Origin: a candidate division FCPU426 bacterium
Lineage (GTDB): Bacteria; Oederibacteriota; JAAXVQ01; JAUVAV01
Length of the DNA: 64,000 nucleotides
Assembly: GCA_030637655.1 (NCBI GenBank)
Contig: DAOWGI010000007.1
Coordinates: 1-64,000, forward strand
Reading direction: 5' to 3'
Numbering within the stretch: position 1 is the first letter of the stretch; the number at the start of each line of letters is the position of its first letter. A program made the translations under genes and the position numbers. The notes beneath the pieces are model-generated. The model was not told where the DNA came from and did no database searches. It saw nothing but the letters and a program-made list of their open reading frames with translations. This document shows positions 9,802 through 18,285 of this stretch, in pieces.

Positions 9802-10180
9802 TTATTGATTCTCCAGCCGGTTTTCAACCCACTGGCGGAGCTGCGCAACTTGTCCCCTCAGACGCATTCTTTCCAGCGCCACCGGATTCTCAAGTTCAAT
9901 AAAATCATACCGCCATTCCGTGGCATAGGGCGTTAGTTCGCGAATGGTATCCAATGCAGCCGGCATGTGCTCGCCGTGCTTTTCCAGCAAATGAATCAGT
10001 GCGCCGAAATTCAATCCCCCGGAAAACCAGCAGTGCCTTCAGTAGCTTTTCCGCCGCCTGCTGCAAATGAAAACCGACAATTTCGTCTGCGCTTTCCGGC
10101 ATGGGCGACAATTTGTCCGCCGCCAATTCATCCTGCGCAGCTTTGGCTAGGAATATTTTCCAGCGTTCAGCGGGTTTCAT
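9802..10180 (-). pseudogene. HEPN domain protein, frameshifted at about 9997-10006
   Basis: Frame 1 reads FHLQQAAEKLLKALL..RRT; frame 2 reads LIHLL...LTPYATEWRY. The expected HDL segment is missing. Confidence 0.8.
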
Positions 10181-10484
10181 AAACGATTTTCCCCTCACGC
10201 GCAGCTTCGAACAGCATGGTTCCTGGAACGTCTTTCCAATCTTCGTAAAATTCTTCGCTGGCCACAAAGATGTCCGCAGGTATCTCGTGGGGCTCCAAGA
10301 CCCGCAACAAGCGCACCATTTCTGCACGGCGGTCCTTCACCTCATCCTCCAGGACGACAAAATCCAAATCGCTGTCCGGCCGCGCATCGCCCCGGGCGTG
10401 GGATCCGAAAAGGATTATCCTGCGCGGAGCCGCTGCCGCTGCCAGCAATCGCACTGCCTGATTGATTTTTTTGTCGTTCGTCAC
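10167..10484 (-). CDS. Minimal nucleotidyltransferase (MNT) antitoxin
   Basis: ILFGSHARGD..PDSDLD motif; overlaps the HEPN start. Confidence 0.9.
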   Translation of the reverse strand: MTNDKKINQAVRLLAAAAAPRRIILFGSHARGDARPDSDLDFVVLEDEVKDRRAEMVRLLRVLEPHEIPADIFVASEEFYEDWKDVPGTMLFEAAREGKIVYETR

Positions 10485-10710
10485 GTTGCGTCCTTCCCAC
10501 TCATTTTTTCTTTATACTAGCAAATAAAAAGCTGTTTGTCCAACTCCCGCATAACTTCCGCATTCAGCGGATACCCCATCTCCTTCTACGCGCCGGCGCC
10601 TGGAATCCACACTCGTTTCGGCATGTCCGACTTCCATTCCGGCGATCATACCCAAAAAACGGGCACAGGCAAGGATCGCCCCTCCATTCCGGCCACAGTA
10701 CGCCGTGCTC

Positions 10711-11022
10711 CTACCTTCTCCCCAGCAGCCGGCCCACGCCTGCGCCCAACAACAGGGTCATAATACCTATCGGAATTAAACTGCTCGGTTCTTTCCAGCC
10801 GATCAGAATAGCAACCGGCGAAAGTATTAAAAATGCGAGCACAATGCCTTTGAATATCGGTTTCAGATTAAGGTTGGAGGTTGCAACCACAACGCCGGTT
10901 ACCACCCAAAAGCAAAACGCTGAGAGGTTTGCGTCCCATGAGAGTTTTTGCGCGATCATGGGTATTACATCAATGACACCCGCTCCAGCTCCGACTAATA
11001 TGCCTTTTACAATTTTTGTCAT
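10711..11022 (-). CDS. Small 4-TM hypothetical membrane protein
   Basis: AAGGAG RBS and four hydrophobic segments. Confidence 0.7.
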   Translation of the reverse strand: MTKIVKGILVGAGAGVIDVIPMIAQKLSWDANLSAFCFWVVTGVVVATSNLNLKPIFKGIVLAFLILSPVAILIGWKEPSSLIPIGIMTLLLGAGVGRLLGRR

Positions 11023-11053
11023 GTATTTTCTCCTTTACGCCCCTACTACATCA

Positions 11054-11124
11054 GGCGCACTCAGTGCGCCCCTACAGCGGGCGAACATATTCAAAAGACG
11101 GGCACAGGCAAGGTTCGCCTTTAC
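11054..11124 (-). repeat. Two REPs, the second interrupted by a 21-nt insert
   Basis: GGCGCACTCAGTGCGCCCCTAC, then GGGCGAACA[21 nt]CAAGGTTCGCCTTTAC. Confidence 0.8.
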
Positions 11125-11642
11125 GATTTTTTAAACAATTTTTCTGCCGGGCAGCCCAATTCACGCTGTCGGCAGTAACAGCAGGCCAAAGCACCCCGGA
11201 TGAATCCTTGGCCAGGAAAAGCCACGATCAGTAACCCAACCACCAGCATTAGCATGCTCCCCTTAAATTCCCAGAACATGAAAAAAATGCCAATAGCAAC
11301 CGGAACAAATACCACCAGCATATCCGGCAGCAAAGCCAGCCAACTGATTTCTCTGGCTGTGAATTTTTTCGGGTCCCCAGGTTTGAAAAACCAGGAACTG
11401 ACAACACCTTTTCCGGAAAAGCACAGCCTGCCAAAGTAGTAACAATGCACACAGCCGGTGGCCATTAACTTGAATTCCAGGGACAAACAAAAAGCCAGAT
11501 ATAACAACATGGCCCACAAATTGATTTGCAATATGATCGCAGCACCTAAGATATAAATGATTGCCGACAGTAAATTGGCCGCCACCACCACCCCGGCCGG
11601 ATAGTTTTCAAAGATTTGTTTTTTCGCCTGATCAGAACACAT
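11121..11642 (-). CDS. Cys-rich 4-TM hypothetical membrane protein
   Basis: AGGAGG RBS; CVHCYYFGRLC and CCYCRQRELGC motifs. Confidence 0.75.
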   Translation of the reverse strand: MCSDQAKKQIFENYPAGVVVAANLLSAIIYILGAAIILQINLWAMLLYLAFCLSLEFKLMATGCVHCYYFGRLCFSGKGVVSSWFFKPGDPKKFTAREISWLALLPDMLVVFVPVAIGIFFMFWEFKGSMLMLVVGLLIVAFPGQGFIRGALACCYCRQRELGCPAEKLFKKS

Positions 11643-11685
11643 ATAGTATTCCTCCTTGGAAGATCCGCCCCACCCCTAAAAACAT

Positions 11686-11817
11686 TCACCACAGAGGCAC
11701 AGAGATCACAGAGAAAAGCTAAAGCCAATTAAAGTTAAAAGCTTTAAATCATAAACAACAAAATTGTAAGTAATTACCTTAATTTTTTCCTCTGTGTGCT
11801 CTGTGCCTCTGTGGTGA
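11686..11817. repeat. CACCACAGAG-CACAGAG inverted repeat pair
   Basis: CACCACAGAGGCACAGAGATCACAGAG pairs with CTCTGTGTGCTCTGTGCCTCTGTGGTG. Family members occur at 13030, 15285-15312, 15523-15624 and 44858-44897. Confidence 0.8.
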
Positions 11818-11830
11818 ATCCTGCCGTCTC

Positions 11831-12997
11831 TCACTCCACTTCCGGTCTTAACAAACTCGCCCAGCGGACCGTATCATACCCATACCGCTCTCGTATCTGG
11901 TCTGCCGCGGTCTGCAGGTGCTCCATTTTCTTGTTGTCCTCCACATCCAAAAGCATACCTTGCTCTTTACCCTCCACTAGTTTTTGAGCAGCAAAGCCGA
12001 GCAAACGGATCCGCACGCGACAGGTAAGCACTTTATCTAATAGTTGTGTGCCGGCTTTAAAAAGCACGCGATCCATATCTGTTGCCGGATTTAGCGCTTT
12101 CGATTTCGTGTGCAAGGAAAAATCAGCATAGCGTATTTTTACGCAGGCAGTGCCGGCTTTAAGTCCATGTTTGCGCAGACGGTAGCCTACTTCGCAGACC
12201 AAACGGTGCAAAGCATGACGCAGAAATTTCGGATCGGTCGTATCCAGCATAAAAGTTTCTTCATGACTTATGGATTTGGCCTGCTCGCGCCGGACAACTT
12301 GTGAGTCATCTTTGCCTTGGGCTGCATCTTGCAGCCAATATCCCATGCTCCCCAGCACCTTGCCGACCAAAGCCCTCGGCAATTGGGCTAAGTCTCCAAT
12401 GCTCCGAATCCCCAAAGCACGCAAGCGTGGCTCGGTTTTGGGCCCGACGCCAAACAATTGGCGTATGGGCAGTGGTGCTAATAACGCTGCCTCATGCCCT
12501 GGCCGGACATATAATATGCCGGCCGGCTTGGCCATATCCGAAGCAATTTTGGAAACCACTTTGGCAGTGGAAATTCCAATACTCACATCCAGGCCAAGTT
12601 CTTTTTTAACCCTGGCCTGAATAGCGGTCGCTGCCACCAGAGGCGGGCCAAAGAGTTTCTCGCAGCCTGTGTATTCCAAATAGCCTTCATCCAAAGACGC
12701 CGGCTGCAAATTCGGCGAGTACTCTTCCAAAATGTCAAAAAAAGCACGGGAGTATTTTTCGTATTCCCGAAAATGTCCATGGCACACAATGACCTGCGGG
12801 CAGAGACGCTGCGCCTGCGCAAAGGGCATGGCTGAATGCACGCCGAATTTCCGCGCTTCATAGGACGCGGCGGACACCACGCTGCGGGCCGTGCCGGACG
12901 AAACGATTACAGGTTTACCGTAAAGTGCGGGGTCGAGCAGACGCTCGACCGCGACAAAGAAGGTATCGAGATCCAAATGGAAAACAGAACGAGGCAT
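11831..12997 (-). CDS. dinB: DNA polymerase IV (Y-family)
   Basis: HLDLDTFFVAVE, AASYEARKFGVHSAMP, SLDEGY and SKIASDMAKPAG. Confidence 0.95.
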   Translation of the reverse strand: MPRSVFHLDLDTFFVAVERLLDPALYGKPVIVSSGTARSVVSAASYEARKFGVHSAMPFAQAQRLCPQVIVCHGHFREYEKYSRAFFDILEEYSPNLQPASLDEGYLEYTGCEKLFGPPLVAATAIQARVKKELGLDVSIGISTAKVVSKIASDMAKPAGILYVRPGHEAALLAPLPIRQLFGVGPKTEPRLRALGIRSIGDLAQLPRALVGKVLGSMGYWLQDAAQGKDDSQVVRREQAKSISHEETFMLDTTDPKFLRHALHRLVCEVGYRLRKHGLKAGTACVKIRYADFSLHTKSKALNPATDMDRVLFKAGTQLLDKVLTCRVRIRLLGFAAQKLVEGKEQGMLLDVEDNKKMEHLQTAADQIRERYGYDTVRWASLLRPEVE

Positions 12998-13076
12998 GGG
13001 ACAACACCAGACTTTCGAAGTACAATTTTACCGCTGAGACGCGGAGACTACAAAGAACCGGGTATGATTAAATTCT

Positions 13077-14384
13077 TCAAAAACATTCGTCAGGAGATAA
13101 TAATTTCCAATTATTCGCTTTGTGCCAACAAAGTACCCTTTTAAAAAGACGTTCAAAAATAAGAACCCGATCATAGGGTCCTGTTTCCATAACACGCTCC
13201 AACGCATTAAATGACTCCAATTTTCCACAGAGCTCATCTGCATCTGGTTCACCAAGAGAGCATGACAAATACGGTTCACAGGTTATAAGCAGCCAATATT
13301 CATTCAAATTACGCGGACGTGATTTCTGCATCTTTTTGGTTCTCGCTAAAAACTCTGTCATATTCTGTTCATGCAAGCCCAACCAAGCGGCACTTGCAAT
13401 ATTCCAACTAATATAATGACAGTCTGTTTTCCGAATAATACTTTTGCGCAAATATTTTTTTAAACATTCATACGGTTCAAATCTATTGAATATTTGCTCA
13501 TTCGCAAGTTTTTCCGCCTTTTTATCTGTAAATTCCAACAATTCATTCACAAATTTATCTCTTTCAGACTTATTCACAACTTTATTTAAAAAAACACTAC
13601 AAGAAACGGAATTAAGAGCCGGCTTCGATTTTCTTGCCTTTTCAATTTCACCAAACAAGTTTAACTTTTCCGCCTCATCACGCCTTAAGTTCTCATCCCG
13701 GCAAAATTCCGTTAATTCAATTGCCACACGGCTGTCCCTTGCCACACCCATGAATTCAATGGGCAAACAAACATAAAAATCAGGCGGATCGTCGCCGCGT
13801 TCAATTCTTGCGCCCATGTCCAAACCAAACCAATTGAAAAAATTGTTTATTTGTTCTCTCTCGATGCGTTCTTGTTTTGAGTAATCACCTATAACATCCT
13901 CCACTTCAAGAACTCGAAACAACTTCATTCTGACTTCCTGAGTAATATTCTTTTTCCCTTTCTCAATCGCTGATATATCCGGCTGCCTCATCTTTGCCTG
14001 CTGAGCAAGATCTTTCTGAGTCCATCCTTTCTTTCTCCGCGCACCTTGAATTATTTTACCAAGCGTTTGAAATTCTGGTGGCGGGACACCTTTTATCGGC
14101 TTATCGGCTCCACGAATTTTCCCAACTTGCTCATACACCGTCTCCCACCAATCACGAAAATCCATCGCCTGCCCAATACGATTCCATTCCTTACGGATAA
14201 TTGGCCAAACCTCAACAAACTGTTTCTGATTGATCAGTCCAAAAATTTCTTTGCTCTTGTCACAACGAGACAACAAAGTAACCATACGGCGGACAAATTT
14301 CGGGTGTGCGGGATTACGTAATATTTTCTCCGTCTCCGCCAACGCTGCTTCTGACAGATCCCAAAAATACGGTTTGACATTCAT
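13077..14384 (-). CDS. AbiE-associated XRE-HTH regulator/antitoxin fused to a putative PD-(D/E)xK-like C-terminal domain
   Basis: YFWD N-terminus; HTH (WTQKDLAQQAKMRQPDISAIEKG); later DDPPDF...AIELTE. ATGA-coupled to the AbiEii gene. Confidence 0.6.
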   Translation of the reverse strand: MNVKPYFWDLSEAALAETEKILRNPAHPKFVRRMVTLLSRCDKSKEIFGLINQKQFVEVWPIIRKEWNRIGQAMDFRDWWETVYEQVGKIRGADKPIKGVPPPEFQTLGKIIQGARRKKGWTQKDLAQQAKMRQPDISAIEKGKKNITQEVRMKLFRVLEVEDVIGDYSKQERIEREQINNFFNWFGLDMGARIERGDDPPDFYVCLPIEFMGVARDSRVAIELTEFCRDENLRRDEAEKLNLFGEIEKARKSKPALNSVSCSVFLNKVVNKSERDKFVNELLEFTDKKAEKLANEQIFNRFEPYECLKKYLRKSIIRKTDCHYISWNIASAAWLGLHEQNMTEFLARTKKMQKSRPRNLNEYWLLITCEPYLSCSLGEPDADELCGKLESFNALERVMETGPYDRVLIFERLFKRVLCWHKANNWKLLSPDECF

Positions 14385-15103
14385 TCCACTTCTCCGGCAA
14401 CAAAAGTAGTAATTTCCTCTTCAAGATGCTTAATAATCTCCCGGCTATCCAACTTTTCGTCATATACCTCAAGATCTAAATACGCCAATTTAAACTCTTG
14501 CCGAGAAAACCGCCTGTACCAACTCACTATCCCACGCTGTTGAACATTTGACACGTCGGATAAAAAAGTGTTTAGCGGCTGTATTTTTTTCGATAAATAG
14601 TAAAGATCAACCGCGTCTCTGGACTCATTTCTCCCGCCAAGGGTTGTGTAGCGTCCGGTTTCATCTGTTGTTTGCTGAACACCTGATACAGTCGTTATTT
14701 TCATTCGGTAAATCTGTCTTGCGTCGTATACAGGAACCTTATTTACCCGTTTGATGCGTGGTTTTGTTGTCTGATTATCCTCCACAAAATCCAGCTTGAG
14801 CGGCGTTGCTGTTCCTTTTATTTTCAACGTGTAAAACCGCACCCGAGCCTGCCCCGAAATCCTCAATTCATTTTCCAGAACCGGCATTGTGCCGTATTCT
14901 TTCTTTATTTCATCTGCAATCGTATTGATTTCCCTCTGGTTATAGCGTGACGAAAAAAAATCCAAATCCCGGGAAAAACGGTGATTTAAATAATATATCT
15001 CCAAGGCCGTCCCTCCAGCCAAAGCAAAGCTTCCCGGCTTTCGGGAAAATATTTTCAATATGTCAAATTGAGCTTGCCTTAGTTTCTTATCCATAGTAAA
15101 CAA
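14381..15103 (-). CDS. AbiEii/AbiGii-family nucleotidyltransferase toxin
   Basis: FALAGGTALEIYYLNHRFSRDLDFF, MK and RDAVDLY motifs. The start may be ATG 15094. Confidence 0.88.
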   Translation of the reverse strand: MFTMDKKLRQAQFDILKIFSRKPGSFALAGGTALEIYYLNHRFSRDLDFFSSRYNQREINTIADEIKKEYGTMPVLENELRISGQARVRFYTLKIKGTATPLKLDFVEDNQTTKPRIKRVNKVPVYDARQIYRMKITTVSGVQQTTDETGRYTTLGGRNESRDAVDLYYLSKKIQPLNTFLSDVSNVQQRGIVSWYRRFSRQEFKLAYLDLEVYDEKLDSREIIKHLEEEITTFVAGEVE

Positions 15104-15110
15104 AACACCT

Positions 15111-15170
15111 CTATATTAAATATAGATTATAAACTATATTCAATATAGCTTATAATCTATATTTTGTCAA
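15111..15170 (-). promoter_or_regulatory. Sigma70 promoter with tandem palindromic operators
   Basis: TTGACA (15165-70), 17 bp, TATATT (15142-47). CTATATT-N-AATATAG at 15111-25 and 15134-48, half-site at 15157. Confidence 0.7.
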
Positions 15171-15330
15171 TGGTGATCAGCGTTCCCCTCCGCCGCACAC
15201 CCAAAAACGGACACGCAGAAAAATAAATGATACAAAAACAAAAAACAACACGAATGCCTTTTATGCTTCCAACCCTAATCTTTCCTCTGCGCACTCTGCA
15301 CCTCAGCGGTGAGCATTACCGTTCGAATCC

Positions 15331-15495
15331 TCACCACAAGGACAAAGTAATGGTCTTACGATTCTTATGATCCGCTTTTTTCTTGACCTGCTGTAAACGC
15401 TGAGGATGCCTATCCTTATTACGTTTCCGGTTTACCCCTTTGATCACTGTAACTCCATATTGTTTCTCATCAATGTCCATGGATAACTGTGTCAT
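15331..15495 (-). CDS. Unannotated 54-aa basic small protein downstream of lexA
   Basis: AAGGAGGTG RBS 6 nt before ATG; MTQLSMDIDEKQYGVTVIKGVNRKRNKDRHPQRLQQVKKKADHKNRKTITLSLW. Confidence 0.6.
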   Translation of the reverse strand: MTQLSMDIDEKQYGVTVIKGVNRKRNKDRHPQRLQQVKKKADHKNRKTITLSLW

Positions 15496-15627
15496 GTCAC
15501 ACACCTCCTTAAGAATCGTTATTCACCGCATACCCAAAAAGCGGGCACAGGGAGACTCGGAGAACTCGGAGAAATCCTTATTTGCATTTATTTTATCTCT
15601 GCGTGCTCTGCGTCTCCGCGGTGAACA

Positions 15628-16239
15628 CTACCGCCTTTGCATTTTTCTCAGCACTCCAATCACGATTCCCTGAATCTGCAAGTCTCCTTCAGTGACATAA
15701 ATTGGCTGCATGCCGGCATTGGCCGGTTGGAGACGAACCCGGCCGGCCTCGCGATACAAACGTTTGACCGTGGCTTCATTATTAATAAGTGCCACTACAA
15801 TCTCGCCATTTTGCGCCTGCGAGCGTTTTTCTACAATAATTTGGTCTCCATCCAAGATGTGATCTTCAATCATAGAATCGCCCTTAACCTGCAAAACAAA
15901 GGTCTCGTTTTTGCCCAGCATGTCTTCGGGCAAGACTACACTCTCCGGCTGCTCCAAGGCCTCAATCGGCGCTCCGGCAGCAACCAGTCCCAACAAAGGC
16001 ACCTCCAAAGCGCGCGAGCCACTCTCTTCGCACTCACTCAGTTTCACACAGCGCGCCCTGTTTTCTTCGCGTCTGAGCATTCCCTTTGCTTCCAAGGTCT
16101 TCAAATGTTTATGCACTGTGGCCACAGAAGAAAGTCCGAAATGCTCTCCAATCTCCCGTAGGGTGGGTGCATATCTACAGGTTTTGATATACCCTTGGAC
16201 AAAATCAAGAATCTCTTTTTGTTTTCTGGTAAGTGCCAT
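15628..16239 (-). CDS. lexA: SOS repressor LexA
   Basis: LTRKQKEILDF..APTLREI..SVATVHKHL, VAAG cleavage site, GDSM and ATVKR catalytic dyad. Confidence 0.96.
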   Translation of the reverse strand: MALTRKQKEILDFVQGYIKTCRYAPTLREIGEHFGLSSVATVHKHLKTLEAKGMLRREENRARCVKLSECEESGSRALEVPLLGLVAAGAPIEALEQPESVVLPEDMLGKNETFVLQVKGDSMIEDHILDGDQIIVEKRSQAQNGEIVVALINNEATVKRLYREAGRVRLQPANAGMQPIYVTEGDLQIQGIVIGVLRKMQRR

Positions 16240-16277
16240 GACGTGACTCCTTCGGGGTTAGCCCCAATCTTTTTTTC

Positions 16278-16333
16278 GGGCGGACACAGGGGTCCGCCCC
16301 TACGGTTTTCGGGCGTACTCAGTACGCCCCTAC
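16278..16333 (-). repeat. Two tandem GTAG-REPs
   Basis: GGGCGGACACAGGGGTCCGCCCCTAC and GGGCGTACTCAGTACGCCCCTAC. Confidence 0.85.
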
Positions 16334-16401
16334 AAGAGAGAGTGAGGTATGGTAGTTGGTGTCGCACCCTCTCCCTGTAAGGCGAAAAAGAGGGGGGGCG
16401 T

Positions 16402-16869
16402 CTACTTCTTTTCCGCCAAGACAAACTCTGCCTTGCAACACGCCTGCTCAGCCTCAAAAAATACGATCTCTTGCTGCTGTTTCCAAGAAAGTATTTCCGG
16501 CCTCATATGAATCGTTCCAGACTGCAGTCTGGCTTGCAAAAGATGTTGCCTGGATGTTAAAAACCGCAAACGCTGCTGGGCCGGCGGATTCGCACGGTCA
16601 ACCGGGTATGCGGCTAACAACTCAAAATCCGTCTGTTTCGCATGCAAATGCCGGTGTCTGCGCAAGGCAGCAGATGAACGCCGGCTGGTAAATACGGCAC
16701 GATAAATCTTTGCCCATAAAGAATGTAGAAAAAATTTTACGGGAAGCACCAGATGCCTGTGAAATTCAGCATTAAGTTCTTCGAGGACCTGCGCGGGGCT
16801 TTCCCCCTCACGCCTGCAAGTGGTTAAAAAAAGAGCAATAAGTGTTGGATCTGAATTGCCGAAAAACAT
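16402..16869 (-). CDS. Hypothetical protein, first gene of the putative lexA operon
   Basis: AAAGGAGG RBS; 155 aa; no family recognised. Confidence 0.6.
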   Translation of the reverse strand: MFFGNSDPTLIALFLTTCRREGESPAQVLEELNAEFHRHLVLPVKFFLHSLWAKIYRAVFTSRRSSAALRRHRHLHAKQTDFELLAAYPVDRANPPAQQRLRFLTSRQHLLQARLQSGTIHMRPEILSWKQQQEIVFFEAEQACCKAEFVLAEKK

Positions 16870-16896
16870 CTGGATTGCCTCCTTTGGATTTTTTCC

Positions 16897-16967
16897 GTAG
16901 GGGCGGGTTTTCGACCGAAGGGAGTCCCTTTCCTTTTGATCATCCGATCGGGGAAACCCGCCCCTAC
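16897..16967. repeat. Composite REP: GTAGGGGCGGGTTT...AAACCCGCCCCTAC with an ACCGAAGGGAGTCCCT-containing insert
   Basis: Homologous in inverted orientation to 47940-48007. Confidence 0.8.
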
Positions 16968-17047
16968 ATTATTTACCTCACCTTTTGCAAAAACGAATCC
17001 GCCTGGTCTGGACCGATGCAGACAACTCAAAACTCGTCTTGAAAAGG

Positions 17048-17174
17048 CGAACAAAAAACGAAACTTGGTCTTAAAAAATTTTTAGGACAAACCCTTTGCT
17101 ACTCTTACTCACTTTCCACATCATGTTTACCATTTGTTCGCTTTTATGTCAAGGTTATTTTCGCTTTTTTTTCG
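17048..17174 (-). promoter_or_regulatory. lexA-operon promoter and candidate LexA boxes
   Basis: TTGACA (17147-52), 17 bp, TAAACA (17124-29). Direct repeats with an 11-bp period at 17048-63, 17125-40 and 17160-74. Confidence 0.6.
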
Positions 17175-17210
17175 CTTTTTTACATTCTCTATAAAAACCT
17201 TTAAAAACAA

Positions 17211-17404
17211 GCAATTACTCAGGTAGTCAGAATTCAGGAGTCAGAATAAGAACATCGGCACGAAGTTTTCAAGATTTAATAGTGCGGCAAAAAGTTATCA
17301 GTTTGTTTTAGGCGCAAAGACGCATAACATCAACAAAACGTAGAAGCTTGTTCTGATTTTATTCTGAATTCCGGATTCTGACTATTGGATACCTAAGTAG
17401 TTAC
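17211..17404. mobile_element. MITE-like element with nested inverted repeats
   Basis: Outer IR GCAATTACTCAGGTA / TACCTAAGTAGTTAC; inner AGTCAGAAT-type arms; non-coding. Confidence 0.5.
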
Positions 17405-17429
17405 ATTTATTTCAAATTTTGAGTTTTTT

Positions 17430-17460
17430 AAAAGCCCTGGGAGCGCTCCCAGGGCTTTTT
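17430..17460. terminator. Intrinsic (bidirectional-type) terminator after hsp20
   Basis: AAAAGCCCTGGGAGCGCTCCCAGGGCTTTT, a perfect palindrome with A/T tails. Confidence 0.8.
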
Positions 17461-17482
17461 GCTGTCCCGCCGAAAAACCTAT

Positions 17483-17911
17483 TTAATTAATCTCAATCTC
17501 TTTGGGTTTGGCTTGCTCGGTTTTGGGAATGCTCAATTTCAGAATTCCATTGTTGTACTTAGCTTTGATTTTGTCACGATCCGCGGTATTGGGCAAAGTG
17601 AAGCTGCGGGTAAATGTACCGTAAGAGCATTCACACACCCGGTAGTCTTTTTCCTCACTTTCTCTTTCCGCCTTTTTCTCGCCTTCAATGGTCAAGACAT
17701 TGTCATCCAGTTTGATTCTGACGTCTTCTTTTTCCACACCCGGCAATTCCAGACTGATCTCATAAAAATTCTTTTTCTCCGCGATTTCCGCAGCTGGAAA
17801 CCATTCCCCGCCGGCATAACCGCTTGCATCACCGAACAAATGACCCATCTCTCTTTCAAAATTCCTCAATGCTTTGTAAGGACTCCAAGGTACTAATGTC
17901 ATGATCTTCAT
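17483..17911 (-). CDS. Hsp20/alpha-crystallin small heat-shock protein
   Basis: ELPGVEKEDV, YGTFTRSFTLP and AKYNNGILKLSIPK. Confidence 0.93.
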   Translation of the reverse strand: MKIMTLVPWSPYKALRNFEREMGHLFGDASGYAGGEWFPAAEIAEKKNFYEISLELPGVEKEDVRIKLDDNVLTIEGEKKAERESEEKDYRVCECSYGTFTRSFTLPNTADRDKIKAKYNNGILKLSIPKTEQAKPKEIEIN

Positions 17912-18285
17912 CCCCTTTCTTGAATTAATTTAATTTTTGCTTTCTACTCTTATATAAAGCATCTTTTGTGCCAATTTTTCGGTCTATACGTTAGTCTTGT
18001 TTTCTCATTGTTTTTTAATATTTTTTTAGGCAAGCAGAAAATTAGAAAGGCCTGGGTATAAGAAAAAGTGTTTAATACATCGCAATATAGAGCGTTTTTT
18101 TGTTTCAGGATTATACAGAATGAAACAGTACTTCTAATGTAAGCTATCATTTTTCTCTCAACCTTAAAATATTTACTGTTTTCCTCTTTTTTTACTTCCC
18201 AGGATTAATTTTTATTGATATAAGGGTACATATTTGAGTAAATTATCCTGCGTTTACGCAGGCAAAAATCAAAAGGGGGATTTCT

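Noticed and set aside
10518-10645. Possible gene remnant (PEWKSDMPKRVWIPGAGA*KEMGYPLNAEVMRE) on the minus strand
   Set aside because: Short, interrupted and not assignable to any family from sequence alone.
15312-15340. tRNA (GTTCGAATCC T-loop-like)
   Set aside because: No acceptor, D or anticodon stems can be formed around it.
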